Shown: in pieces, positions 29,390 through 39,011 of the stretch
Layout of the letters: each line of letters opens with the position of its first letter
Numbering within the stretch: the first letter of the stretch is position 1
Assembly: GCA_963771275.1 (NCBI GenBank)
Contig: CAVYSW010000009.1
Coordinates: forward strand, 32,001-96,000
DNA: 64,000 nt
Direction of reading: 5' to 3'
DNA from: an uncultured Gemmatimonadales bacterium
GTDB taxonomy: Bacteria > Gemmatimonadota > Gemmatimonadetes > Gemmatimonadales > GWC2-71-9
The notes under the pieces: generated by a model
Databases searched by the model: none
The model's input: only the letters and a program-made list of their open reading frames with translations
Told to the model about the DNA's origin: nothing
Position numbers and translations under genes: made by a program

Positions 29390-30412
29390 GTGCGGGATTA
29401 CCTCTCCAGCGGCTTCGTCCTGGAGCACGCGCCCGATCGGCTACTCGTGGCGTGGGGACCGTTCGCGGCGCGCGCCACGCGGATCCCGGACCGGCTCGGC
29501 TGCTACGCCCCGGATTTCTTCCTCGACGACCCCGCGCCGTGGCACCACCCCGCCGGCTGGCAGGTGATGACGCGCGCCGAGCTCAGGGCCGCGCTGGGAC
29601 CCGCGCCGCGCGCGCCGGCCGTGTCGTGGACGCCACCGGCGCGCGACGCGTATCTCGCGCTCTACCGGGCGGTGATGCAGGCGATCGGCGAGGGATCGAT
29701 CGCCAAGGCGGTCCCCGTGCTGATCGAGCGGGGGCGCGCCGCCGCGGCGGGGGCGCTGGTGCATGCGCTGCTCGCGCGCGTGCTCGACGTGCCGCCGGGG
29801 AGCGCCGTGTACGGGCACTGGACCCCCGGGGCCGGCATGCTCGGCGCGACGCCGGAGATCCTGTTCCGCGCCGACGGGTGCCGCGTGGAAACCGCGGCGA
29901 TCGCCAGCACCCGACCGCTCGAGGCCGCCGCCGAGCTGCTGACGGACCGCAAGGAGCTGGCCGAGCACAAGAGCGTCGTGGACGACCTCCACGAGGCGCT
30001 CGGCCGGTTCGGAGACGTGGGGGTCGGGCCGCTCGACGTGCTGTCGCTCCCCGCGCTGGCCCACCTGCGTACCACGCTGTCCGTCGACGCGGCGCGCCCG
30101 CCCGGCTTCGCGGCGCTGGTCCAGGCGCTGCACCCCACGGCGGCGCTCGGCGTGGCGCCGCGCTCCGCCGGGCTCGGCCTGCTGCGCGCGCTCGACCGCG
30201 ACGTCGGGCGGCGCCGGTTCGGCGCCCCGATCGGCGTCGAGTGGCCCGACGGCAGCGCCACGTGCCTCGTCGCGATTCGGGGCGTGCAGTGGGAGGGCAC
30301 CGAGCTGTCGCTGGCGGCGGGCGGCGGCGTCATCGCCCGCAGCCGGCCCGAGCGCGAGTGGGAGGAGCTGGTCCTCAAGCGCGCCGCCGTGAAGGACATG
30401 CTCGGCCTGTGA
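29390..30412 (+). CDS. menF: Isochorismate synthase (chorismate-binding)
   Basis: GATPEILF, KELAEH, LAHLRT, LHPTAAL, VAIRG, AGGGV; first gene of the men cluster. Confidence 0.8.
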   Translation: MRDYLSSGFVLEHAPDRLLVAWGPFAARATRIPDRLGCYAPDFFLDDPAPWHHPAGWQVMTRAELRAALGPAPRAPAVSWTPPARDAYLALYRAVMQAIGEGSIAKAVPVLIERGRAAAAGALVHALLARVLDVPPGSAVYGHWTPGAGMLGATPEILFRADGCRVETAAIASTRPLEAAAELLTDRKELAEHKSVVDDLHEALGRFGDVGVGPLDVLSLPALAHLRTTLSVDAARPPGFAALVQALHPTAALGVAPRSAGLGLLRALDRDVGRRRFGAPIGVEWPDGSATCLVAIRGVQWEGTELSLAAGGGVIARSRPEREWEELVLKRAAVKDMLGL

Positions 30413-31968
30413 ACCTCGCCCGCTCGGCCCGACTGCTCGAGCGCCTGGCGGACGCCGGCGTCGGCCAGCTGTGCCTCTGCCCCGGCGGCCGCAACTCGCC
30501 GATCGTGCTGGCGGCGCAATGCGCGCGCGGCTTCCGGTGCTACTCGTTCTTCGAGGAGCGGTCCGCCGCGTTCTTCGCCGTGGGCCGCGCGCGCGCGACC
30601 GGCGCCCCCGTCGCCGTGGTCACCACGTCGGGCACCGCGGCGGCCGAGCTGCTGCCCGCCGCCGTGGAGGCCTACTACGCGGGCGTTCCGCTGGTGCTGG
30701 TTACGGCCGATCGTCCGGCGGCGTATCGCGGGACCGGGGCGCCGCAGACCATCGAGCAGGTCGGCCTGTTCGGCGGCTACGCCCCCACGGTGTTCGACGG
30801 CGAGCGCGCGGACGACGAGCTCGATCTCGCCGCGTGGGACGCCGCGGGCCCGATCCACCTCAACATCTGCTTCGACGAGCCGCTGGTGGACGGGCCGATT
30901 CCCCAGACCAGCGTGACGGTGCGACCGCGCGCCGCCGCCCCGCCCGCGGCGGACGCGGGCCCGCTCGTCGCGTTCCTCGCCCGCGCGCGCCGCCCGCTGG
31001 TGCTGGTCGGGCCACTCGACGCCGCCGACCGCGCGCCGGTGCGCGATTTCCTGGTGCGCTACGCGGCGCCGGTCTACGCGGAGGCCGCGTCGGGGCTGCG
31101 CGAGGAGCCAGCGCTCGCCGACCTGGTGCTCACGTCGGGCGAAGGTGCGCTCGCCCCGGCGGACGTCGACGGCGTGCTGCGGATCGGCGGTGTGCCGACC
31201 CCGCGGCTGTGGCGCGATCTCGAAGGGCGGCTGGCCCAGCTCCCCGTGTGCTCGGTGGCCCGCACGCCGTTCCCCGGCCTCACACGCTCCACGCTGGTGC
31301 GCGGCCCGGTCGGCGCGATCCTCCAGTCGGTCGCGGCGCCGGCGGCGGACCATGCGGCCACGCACGCGCTGATCTCCCGCGACCGGGCGCGGGCGGAGCG
31401 GCTCGCGCCGCTCTGGGAGTGCCACCCGCGCGCCGAGCCGACCCTGCTTCGCGCGCTCTCCCATCTGGTGCCGGCCGGCGCTTTGGTCTACCTCGGGAAC
31501 AGCCTCCCGATTCGCGAGTGGGATCTCGCCGCGCTGCGCCGCTCCCGGGGCTGGGACGTCGGCGCCAACCGCGGCGCCAACGGGATCGACGGGCAGCTGT
31601 CCACGTTCTTCGGGATGTGCCGGCCGGGCCGGGAGCATTGGGCCATCGTGGGCGACCTGACCGCGCTGTACGACCTGAGCGCGCCGTGGATCCTCCCCCA
31701 GCTCGACGCCGGCCCGACCCGCATCGTGGTCGTCAACAACGGCGGCGGACAGATCTTCGCGCGGCTGTCGCCGCACGCCGGGCTGCGCAACGAGCACCGC
31801 CACGAGCTGTCGGGCTGGGCGGCGCTGTGGGAGATGACGCACCACCGGTGGGAGGCGGTCCCCGGCGCGGCGCCGGCCGACGCCCACGCGGTGATCGAGC
31901 TGCTGCCGGACCGCGCGCAGACCGCCCGCTTCTGGCGGGCGTACGACGCACTCGACGAGCGGTCGTGA
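30409..31968 (+). CDS. menD: SEPHCHC synthase
   Basis: CPGGRNSP, EERSAAFFA, TTSGTA, TADRP, NRGANGIDG, GDLTALYD, NNGGGQIF. Confidence 0.93.
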   Translation: MNLARSARLLERLADAGVGQLCLCPGGRNSPIVLAAQCARGFRCYSFFEERSAAFFAVGRARATGAPVAVVTTSGTAAAELLPAAVEAYYAGVPLVLVTADRPAAYRGTGAPQTIEQVGLFGGYAPTVFDGERADDELDLAAWDAAGPIHLNICFDEPLVDGPIPQTSVTVRPRAAAPPAADAGPLVAFLARARRPLVLVGPLDAADRAPVRDFLVRYAAPVYAEAASGLREEPALADLVLTSGEGALAPADVDGVLRIGGVPTPRLWRDLEGRLAQLPVCSVARTPFPGLTRSTLVRGPVGAILQSVAAPAADHAATHALISRDRARAERLAPLWECHPRAEPTLLRALSHLVPAGALVYLGNSLPIREWDLAALRRSRGWDVGANRGANGIDGQLSTFFGMCRPGREHWAIVGDLTALYDLSAPWILPQLDAGPTRIVVVNNGGGQIFARLSPHAGLRNEHRHELSGWAALWEMTHHRWEAVPGAAPADAHAVIELLPDRAQTARFWRAYDALDERS

Positions 31969-32687
31969 TCTGGGCGCTGCACGGCTTTCTGGGACGCGGC
32001 GCCGACTGGGACCCCCTGCGCGCCGCCTGCGCCAGCAAGGACCTCCCGGCGTTCCACACTCCCGATCTGTTCGGCGCGCCGCCCACCCACCGGTCCCTCA
32101 CGGCGTGGGGTGACCACTTCGCCGCGTGGGTTGCCCAGTCCGATCCGGCCCCCGTGCTGCTCGGCTATTCGTTGGGCGGGCGACTCGCGCTCCACGCGCT
32201 GCTCGCCCAGCCCGCGCTGTGGCGCGGCGCGGTGATCGTCTCCACCCATACCGGCCTGACCGATCCCGCGGCGTGCGCTGCGCGCCGCACCGACGACGCG
32301 CGCTGGGCCGCGCGGTTCCTGCACGAAAACTGGGACGCGGTGCTGGCGGACTGGGACGCGCGGGCCGTGTTCGGCGGCGCGGCACGGACGCTTGCACGCC
32401 CCGAGCGCGCCTACGACCGGACGGCGCTCGCGAGTGGACTGGTGGACTGGTCCCTCGGCAGCCAACCGCCGCTCGTGCCGCGCCTGCGGGAGATTCCCTG
32501 CCCCGTGCGCTGGATCGTGGGCTCCCGCGACGCGCCCTACGTCGCGCTGGGCCGGCACGCGGTAGCCGAGCTGCCGCTCGGCGAGCTGCGCGTCGCGCCC
32601 GCAGCGGGGCACCGCGTCCCGTGGGAATCACCCGCGTGGTTCGCGGAGCAGGTGGTGGAATTTGTGCGTGTCGCGTGCAGCGTGTAG
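31965..32687 (+). CDS. menH: SHCHC synthase-like alpha/beta hydrolase
   Basis: [25 protein letters not shown]; lies between menD and menB. Confidence 0.85.
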   Translation: MIWALHGFLGRGADWDPLRAACASKDLPAFHTPDLFGAPPTHRSLTAWGDHFAAWVAQSDPAPVLLGYSLGGRLALHALLAQPALWRGAVIVSTHTGLTDPAACAARRTDDARWAARFLHENWDAVLADWDARAVFGGAARTLARPERAYDRTALASGLVDWSLGSQPPLVPRLREIPCPVRWIVGSRDAPYVALGRHAVAELPLGELRVAPAAGHRVPWESPAWFAEQVVEFVRVACSV

Positions 32688-32772
32688 CGGGCGAATGTCC
32701 AATGTCCAAGGTCCAAGTACCAAGTACCAAGTACCTGGACATTGAACATTGCGTGTTGGACATTGGACATCG
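32672..32772. repeat. Inverted arrays of 7-bp repeats (AATGTCC/CAAGTAC versus GGACATT)
   Basis: gaatgtccaatgtccaaggtccaagtaccaagtaccaagtacc-tggacattgaacatt...tggacattggacat. Confidence 0.85.
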
Positions 32773-32815
32773 CACCGTATGTTCCAGCATTCTCCAGCCG
32801 AACCGCGGGCACCTC

Positions 32816-33649
32816 ATGGGCAATCCAGCGACGTGGACTCCGATCCACCAGTTCACCGACATCCGCTACGAGCACACCGGCGACGGCATCGCCAAGATCA
32901 CGATCAACCGGCCGGACGTGCGCAATGCGTTCCGCCCGCTCACCGTGCGCGAGATGCAGGAGGCGTTCGCGCTCGCCCGCGAGGACGGGACGATCGGCGC
33001 CGTGATCCTCACCGGGGAGGGCCCGGAGGCGTTCTGCTCGGGCGGCGATCAGCGGATCCGCGGCGACGCGGGCTATGTGGATCACGAGCAGGGCGGCACG
33101 ATGCGCCTCAACGTGCTCGACCTCCAGAAGCAGATCCGCGCGCTGCCCAAGCCCGTCGTGGCGATGGTCGCGGGGTACGCGATCGGCGGCGGGCACGTGC
33201 TGCACGTGGTGTGCGACCTCACCATCGCGGCCGACAACGCGCGGTTCGGGCAGACCGGCCCCAAGGTAGGCTCGTTCGACGGCGGCCTGGGCTCGAGCTA
33301 CCTCGCCCGCATCGTGGGGCAGAAGAAGGCGCGCGAGATCTGGTATCTCTGCCGCCAGTACGACGCCCAGCAGGCGCTCGCGATGGGGCTGGTGAACGCG
33401 GTGGTGCCGCTCGCCCGGCTCGAGGAGGAGACGCTCGCCTGGTGCCGCGAGATGCTGCAGCACTCGCCGCTCGCGCTGCGCTGCCTCAAGGCCGCGCTCA
33501 ACGCCGACTGCGACGGCCAGATCGGGCTGCTCGACCTGGCCGGCAACGCCACGCTGCTGTACTACATGTCGGAAGAGGCCCAGGAAGGCCGCAACGCCTA
33601 CAACGAGAAGCGACCGCCGGATTTCTCCCGGTTCCCACGCTATCCGTGA
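32816..33649 (+). CDS. menB: 1,4-dihydroxy-2-naphthoyl-CoA synthase
   Basis: [41 protein letters not shown]. Confidence 0.97.
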   Translation: MGNPATWTPIHQFTDIRYEHTGDGIAKITINRPDVRNAFRPLTVREMQEAFALAREDGTIGAVILTGEGPEAFCSGGDQRIRGDAGYVDHEQGGTMRLNVLDLQKQIRALPKPVVAMVAGYAIGGGHVLHVVCDLTIAADNARFGQTGPKVGSFDGGLGSSYLARIVGQKKAREIWYLCRQYDAQQALAMGLVNAVVPLARLEEETLAWCREMLQHSPLALRCLKAALNADCDGQIGLLDLAGNATLLYYMSEEAQEGRNAYNEKRPPDFSRFPRYP

Positions 33650-34530
33650 CGGCGTTGCTCCCGACCGGCCTGCTGCTCGCCGCGCGTCCCAAGACGCTCA
33701 CGGCCGCGGTCGTGCCGGTCGTGGTGGGCACGGCGCTCGCCGCGGCGCTCGGCCACCCCGTGATCTGGTGGCGGGCGGGCGGCGCGCTCCTGGGCGCGGC
33801 CGCGATCCAAGTCGGCACCAACCTGTTCAACGACCTGCTCGACTTCTCGCGCGGCGCCGACACGGCGCACCGCGTGGGGCCGACCCGCGTGACCCAGGCC
33901 GGGATCCTCACGCCGGCCCAGGTCCGGGGGGCGGCACTCGCGAGCTTCGCCGTCGCGCTGGGGTGCGGCATCCCGCTGGTCGTCGTCGCGGGCTGGCCGA
34001 TCCTGACGCTCGGCCTGCTCTCGCTGCTGTTCGGCTACGCGTACACCGGGGGACCGTACCCGCTGGCCTACCACGGCCTGGGTGAGGGGTTCGTGCTGGC
34101 TTTCTTCGGGCTCGGGGCGGTGGGCGGCACGTACTACCTGCACGCCGGCGCGCTCGCCTGGCCCGTGGCCCTCGCGGGCGCGCAGGTGGGGCTGCTCGCC
34201 TGCGCGCTGCTCGCGATCAACAACCTGCGGGACGTGGCCGAGGACGCGCGGAGCGGCAAGCACACGCTCGCCGCGCGACTCGGCGTCGGGTTCGGGCGGG
34301 CGGAGATCGCGCTCTGCGCGTTCGGCCCGCTCGTCCTCAACCTCCTGTGGCTCCAGGCCGGGGACCGGCTCGCCGCCCTGCTGCCGCTCGCGGCGCTCCC
34401 GCTGGCGTTCGCCGCCGTCCGCGTCGTGTGGCGCGACGCGCCCGGCCCGAGCTACAACCGCGCGCTCGCCCGCGCCGCCGGGCTGCAACTCGCGTTCGGC
34501 GTGTTGCTCGCCGCGGGCCTCGCCCTGTGA
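33646..34530 (+). CDS. menA: DHNA prenyltransferase
   Basis: [34 protein letters not shown]. Confidence 0.93.
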   Translation: MTALLPTGLLLAARPKTLTAAVVPVVVGTALAAALGHPVIWWRAGGALLGAAAIQVGTNLFNDLLDFSRGADTAHRVGPTRVTQAGILTPAQVRGAALASFAVALGCGIPLVVVAGWPILTLGLLSLLFGYAYTGGPYPLAYHGLGEGFVLAFFGLGAVGGTYYLHAGALAWPVALAGAQVGLLACALLAINNLRDVAEDARSGKHTLAARLGVGFGRAEIALCAFGPLVLNLLWLQAGDRLAALLPLAALPLAFAAVRVVWRDAPGPSYNRALARAAGLQLAFGVLLAAGLAL

Positions 34531-35654
34531 TCGACTGGGACGGCAGCGACACCCCGGTCTTGCTCAACCCACGCCTCGCCGAGGCGGACGCCCGCTCGAT
34601 CCGCGCGCTGATCGAGCGGATCCCGCTCGCGGCGCACGTATGGGTCACCACGTCGGGCGCCACCGGCCGGCTCAAGCCGGTCGCCCTCGCCAAGCGCGCC
34701 GTGCTGGCGTCCGCCGCCGCCGTGAACGCGCACCTCGCGAGCGACGCGTCCGACGTCTGGGTCAACGTGCTGCCCCCGTTCCACGTGGGCGGGCTCGGCG
34801 TGCACGCCCGCGCCCACCTGAGCGGCGCCCGCGTGGCGACGCTCGACCGCTGGGACACCGGGGGCTTCGTCAGGCGGCTCGCCGGCACGCGGCGTGCGCT
34901 CAGCGCGCTCGTCCCCACTCAGGTGTTCGACCTGGTGCGCGCCGGCCTCCGGGCTCCCGCGTCGGTTCGGGCCGTGGTGGTGGGCGGCGGGGCGCTCGGC
35001 GCCGAGCTGTACGCGCGGGCCCGCGCCCTGGGATGGCCGCTGCTCCCCAGCTACGGCGCCACCGAGTGCGCCTCCCAGATCGCGACGGCAAGTCTCGCGT
35101 CCCTCTCCGCCGGTGGATTTCCGGAGCTGGCGATCCTGTCCCACGCCGAGGTGCGCACCGGCGCCGACGGCCGCCTGGAGGTGCAGAGCGCGGCGCTGTT
35201 GACCGGCTACGCGACCGCCGACGGACTGGACGATCCCAAGCGGGATGGCTGGTGGCGGACCGACGACGTGGGCGAAGTCCGTGGCCGGTGCCTGACGGTG
35301 GGGGGACGCGTGGATGCCACGGTGAAAGTCGGCGGCGAGCTGGTGCCGCTGCCGCCGCTCGACGCCAAGCTCGAGCAGGTGCGTCTCGGCATGGCCCCGG
35401 ACGCGGACGCCGCGCTGGTGGCGCTCCCCGATGACCGGCTCGGCCACGCGATCCACCTCGCCGTCGCCGGCGTCCCGGCGGCCACCGCCGACCGACTGCT
35501 CGCGGCGTTCAACGCCGGGCTATTGCCCTATGAGCGTGCGCGCTCGGTGCGGCGGGTGGCGGAGATCCCCAGGACCTCGCTGGGGAAGGTGAGGCGCGAG
35601 GAGCTCGTGCAGCGCGCAGCGGGCAGCGTGCAGCGGGTTCCCGACGGAGCTTAA
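34527..35654 (+). CDS. menE: O-succinylbenzoate-CoA ligase (short AMP-binding enzyme)
   Basis: TTSGATG, LPPFHVGG, SYGATE, GRVD...KVGGE, PRTSLGK. Confidence 0.85.
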   Translation: MIDWDGSDTPVLLNPRLAEADARSIRALIERIPLAAHVWVTTSGATGRLKPVALAKRAVLASAAAVNAHLASDASDVWVNVLPPFHVGGLGVHARAHLSGARVATLDRWDTGGFVRRLAGTRRALSALVPTQVFDLVRAGLRAPASVRAVVVGGGALGAELYARARALGWPLLPSYGATECASQIATASLASLSAGGFPELAILSHAEVRTGADGRLEVQSAALLTGYATADGLDDPKRDGWWRTDDVGEVRGRCLTVGGRVDATVKVGGELVPLPPLDAKLEQVRLGMAPDADAALVALPDDRLGHAIHLAVAGVPAATADRLLAAFNAGLLPYERARSVRRVAEIPRTSLGKVRREELVQRAAGSVQRVPDGA

Positions 35655-35692
35655 CGCTGCACGCTGCACGCTACACGCTACACGCTGCACGT
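35607..35692. repeat. Inverted arrays of 7-bp repeat GTGCAGC/GCTGCAC
   Basis: gtgcagcgcgcagcgggcagcgtgcagcg ... cgctgcacgctgcacgctacacgctacacgctgcacg. Confidence 0.8.
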
Positions 35693-37410
35693 TACTGCCT
35701 GCACTGCCCGTTCGGATCCGGCTTCGGCTGATCCACCACCACGCGGTGGTCGAGGTTCGCCACCGTCCGGGCGATGTCCGCCACGAGGCGACCGACCCGG
35801 GACATCTTGTCGAAGTCGATGTACTGCACCTCGTCCGTCAGCATGTGGTAGTCCTGATGGCTCCCGGTGGAGAAGAACACGATCGGGATGCCGTACCGCG
35901 CGTACATGTAGTGGTCGCTGCGGCAGTAGTACTGCTGCGGGTGGCCCGTCGCGTCGTACTGATAGTCGAACGTGAAGCCGTAGCCGTCGCGCGTGTTGAC
36001 GGTCTCCACCAGATCGCCCAGCTCCGTCGAGAGACGCCGCGAGCCGATCAACTGCACGTAGCCGGGTCCGCCGCCCTTGACGTCGGTGGCGCTGCCCCGG
36101 CCGATCATGTCCATGTTGAGCTCCGCCACGATCGAATCGCGCGGCACCGTGGGATAGTCGGTGAAGTAGCGCGACCCGTACAGGCCCGCCTCCTCCCCCG
36201 TGTGCCACACGAACAGGATCGACCGCCGGGGCTTGGCCGGCGTGAGGTGGAACGCCGCCGCCATCGCCAGCGTGGTGACCGAGCCCGACCCGTCGTCGTC
36301 CGCGCCGTTGTAGATCGAGTCGGGGCCGGACGGCCGCAGGGCGCGCAGGCTGTCGCGGATCGCCTGGATGCGGGTCTGCTCCTCGGCGGTCGCCGCCCGC
36401 ATCGGGCTCTCGGCCCCGTCGGGCCGCACGACGTGATTGAACGCCCAGACGGAGTCGTGGTCCTGCGGCCGGCCGGTGCCGACGTGGTCGTTGTGAGCGC
36501 CGATCACGACGTACTCGTTGCGCAGCGCCGGATCGCTGCCCCGCACCACCGCGACGACGTTGCGCGATGGGAACGCGCTCGGCGTGAGCGCGAACCGGAT
36601 GGTCCCCTGAATCGTCGTACCCGTCCGGCCGGGCGCGAGCGTGGCAACCGAGTCGACCGGGACCCCGAACAGCGCGCCGACGGTCGCCAGGCGCACCAGC
36701 ATGCCGAGCGGCCCTTCGGGCAGCTTCGCGCTCATAGCGGGAGGCGGCTCGCGCAGGAAGCCCAGCTGGGCCGGCGGCATGAGATCGAGCATGGCGAAGG
36801 CGATGCCGGCGGCGGTGGGGTATTGCGCGAGGGCGGTCCCCAGGCCGGCGGGGCCAGCCGGCCCTCGCGGCGGCCCCACCACCACGAGCTTCCCGGTCGC
36901 CAGCGCCGGGCTCAGCCCCGTCGTGTCCCCCATCGGACCGGCGTAGATCGCCTGCGCGCCGTCGAGCGATCCCGCCATCCCGAACGGCAGGCCGAAGTCG
37001 GGGAACGACGGGATCGGGGCGAAATCCTGCCAGATCACCAGCGCCTTGCCGCTCACGGACAGGCCGGACGCCGCGGAGTCCACCGCGCGCTCGTGGAGCG
37101 GCAGCGTCTGGAAGTAGCTGCCGTGCTCGCCCGCGGGCTCAACCCCCAGGCGTTGCAGCTGGGCGGCCAGATAGTCCGTGGCCTTGACGTTGCCGGCCGT
37201 TCCCATCTGGCGTCCCGCCAGCGAATCGGCCGCGAACACGGTGAGATAGCGACGCAGCTCGGCCGCGCTCAGCGCGGCGGTCGGGAGCGGCGCGTCGGAC
37301 GCGACCGGCACGCGCGTCGTCGGCGCGGGCGCCTGGCTCGGTGCGTGACTGCCGCAGCCGACGAGGATCGCGGCGGACGGCCAGATGAACCGCAATGGAA
37401 GGCGACGCAC
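35692..37410 (-). CDS. M28 family peptidase, lipoprotein
   Basis: LVGC lipobox; GAHNDH, NGADDDGSG, TGEEAGL, NMDMIG, RSDH, DYH. Confidence 0.9.
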   Translation of the reverse strand: MRRLPLRFIWPSAAILVGCGSHAPSQAPAPTTRVPVASDAPLPTAALSAAELRRYLTVFAADSLAGRQMGTAGNVKATDYLAAQLQRLGVEPAGEHGSYFQTLPLHERAVDSAASGLSVSGKALVIWQDFAPIPSFPDFGLPFGMAGSLDGAQAIYAGPMGDTTGLSPALATGKLVVVGPPRGPAGPAGLGTALAQYPTAAGIAFAMLDLMPPAQLGFLREPPPAMSAKLPEGPLGMLVRLATVGALFGVPVDSVATLAPGRTGTTIQGTIRFALTPSAFPSRNVVAVVRGSDPALRNEYVVIGAHNDHVGTGRPQDHDSVWAFNHVVRPDGAESPMRAATAEEQTRIQAIRDSLRALRPSGPDSIYNGADDDGSGSVTTLAMAAAFHLTPAKPRRSILFVWHTGEEAGLYGSRYFTDYPTVPRDSIVAELNMDMIGRGSATDVKGGGPGYVQLIGSRRLSTELGDLVETVNTRDGYGFTFDYQYDATGHPQQYYCRSDHYMYARYGIPIVFFSTGSHQDYHMLTDEVQYIDFDKMSRVGRLVADIARTVANLDHRVVVDQPKPDPNGQCRQ

Positions 37411-37600
37411 GGCGCGACTCCTGCAAAGAGGGAATGGGGGTCTCGAAAGCTAATCGGAGTACGAGCGCCGCGGCCGGGAGTTTCGCAGGGACCCGAACGG
37501 GCGGGGGCGCCGGCAGCTGCAGCGGGCCCGGGCGCAGGTGAACGATCGGGAGAACACGATGCGGGCGATCGCGGAGTGCTGGCCGGTGAGGCGGGAGGGA

Positions 37601-37672
37601 AGCCAGCGGTGGGGATTGAACCCACGACCCCCGGTTTACGAAACCGGTGCTCTACCACTGAGCTACGCTGGC
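37601..37672 (-). tRNA. tRNA-Thr(CGT)
   Basis: GCCAGCGTAGCTCAGTGGTAGAGCA-CCGGT-TTCGTAA-ACCGG-GGGTCGTGGGTTCAATCCCCACCGCTGGCT; CCA not encoded. Confidence 0.95.
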
Positions 37673-37739
37673 ACGAAGATCCCGGGCACGCGACCCCGTC
37701 AGGGTCCGGCGCCTCGCACGGCGCTACGGTGTCTGGAAA

Positions 37740-37821
37740 TGCCCTGGCCCGGATTCGAACCGGGACGCCTTGCGGCACTGCCCCCTCAAGACAGCGTGTC
37801 TACCAGTTTCACCACCAGGGC
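37740..37821 (-). tRNA. tRNA-Leu(GAG)
   Basis: GCCCTGGTGGTGAAACTGGTAGACACG-CTGTC-TTGAGGG-GGCAG, long variable arm, GGTTCGAATCC, GCCAGGGCA. Confidence 0.95.
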
Positions 37822-37974
37822 GGCAGCGGCTCGTCTCGAGCGGTGGCAAGTTACCCGCGGCCCAGGCGGGAATCAAGCACACCGAGGGCGCCCCCTGGCG
37901 CTCCCGACCGGGTGTGTCATACGTTAGCGGGTGGGGAAGTCAGCGATCGCATACGCCCGGCGAAAGGAGGCTCC

Positions 37975-38340
37975 GTGCAGGTGCTGCTGGTCGAGGACGA
38001 CCCGCTCGTCCGGACGTCCATCGCCAAGATTCTCCAGCGCGGTGGGTTCACCGTACAACCCGTCGCCAACGGCCTGGCGGCCCTCTCGGAGCTGCGCGAT
38101 CAGCGGTTCGCGGCGATCGTCACCGACCTCCGGCTTCCGTTCCTCGGCGGCGACGATTTCTTCCGGCAGATCCAGCAACTGTTTCCCGACATGGCCAAGC
38201 GCGTGGTGTTCGTGACCGGGTGGGCGCAGGACCAGTCGGTGAGCGAGTTCCTCGAAAAGACCGGTCAGCCGTGCCTGGCCAAGCCGTTCGAGGCGGGGGA
38301 GCTGATCGCGGCGGTGCAGCGGGTGGCGTCGAAGGTCTGA
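37975..38340 (+). CDS. Single-domain response regulator
   Basis: AAAGGAGG RBS; VLLVEDD...IVTDLRLP...FVTG...LAKPF. Confidence 0.88.
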   Translation: MQVLLVEDDPLVRTSIAKILQRGGFTVQPVANGLAALSELRDQRFAAIVTDLRLPFLGGDDFFRQIQQLFPDMAKRVVFVTGWAQDQSVSEFLEKTGQPCLAKPFEAGELIAAVQRVASKV

Positions 38341-38349
38341 CGCGGATCC

Positions 38350-38931
38350 CTACTTGAAGTACGGCTTCTCCCCGGCGGCGTGGTCGGTGATGTCCTGAAT
38401 CCCCCGCAGCTGCGGGATGACGCGCTTGAGCTGGCTCTCGATCCCCTGCCGCAGCGTGACGTTGGCCATGCCGCACCCCTGGCACCCGCCCATCATCCGC
38501 ACCACGACCGTCCCGTCCTGCACGTCGATCAGCTCGATCCGGCCGCCGTGCTGGGCGACCGCGGGATTCACCTCCCGCTGGAACATCCGATCCACGATCT
38601 CGTAGATCCCGTCGTCGCTGAGCTCCGGGCCCGCCGCCGGCGCGCCGGGGGCCCGGGCCTGCAGCCCCGTGCTGATGGCGTACGCCACCCGGTCCTCGAG
38701 GTCCTCCCACGAGACCTCGTCGCGCCGGAGCACCAGCACGGAGTCGTTCTCGATCATCGCTTCCTGCACACCCGGCACCGCGAGCACCGCCTCGGCGATC
38801 GGGTTGCCGGATGCCTCGTCGGCCGACATGTAGTGGTGCCGGCCCGGCGGCGCGAGGGGATCGCCGGTCTCGACCACGAACCGGCGAATGCGGTCGGTTT
38901 CGCTGGCGGTATACGTGCGGACGTCAGGCAT
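38350..38931 (-). CDS. NifU/NfuA-family Fe-S carrier
   Basis: Nfu N-terminal-like part plus VNPAVAQHGG...MMGGCQGCG...DITDH. Confidence 0.88.
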   Translation of the reverse strand: MPDVRTYTASETDRIRRFVVETGDPLAPPGRHHYMSADEASGNPIAEAVLAVPGVQEAMIENDSVLVLRRDEVSWEDLEDRVAYAISTGLQARAPGAPAAGPELSDDGIYEIVDRMFQREVNPAVAQHGGRIELIDVQDGTVVVRMMGGCQGCGMANVTLRQGIESQLKRVIPQLRGIQDITDHAAGEKPYFK

Positions 38932-39011
38932 GCACGAATCATAGGCGGACCCCGTCGCCCGCGAAAGACGGCGGCCGGGGTCGGGGTGGGGGTGGGGGTG
39001 GGGGCCGGGCG

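Noticed and set aside
37601..37821. tRNA pair as a genomic island insertion site
   Set aside because: No integrase, no duplicated tRNA 3' end noticed and no compositional shift in the flanks.
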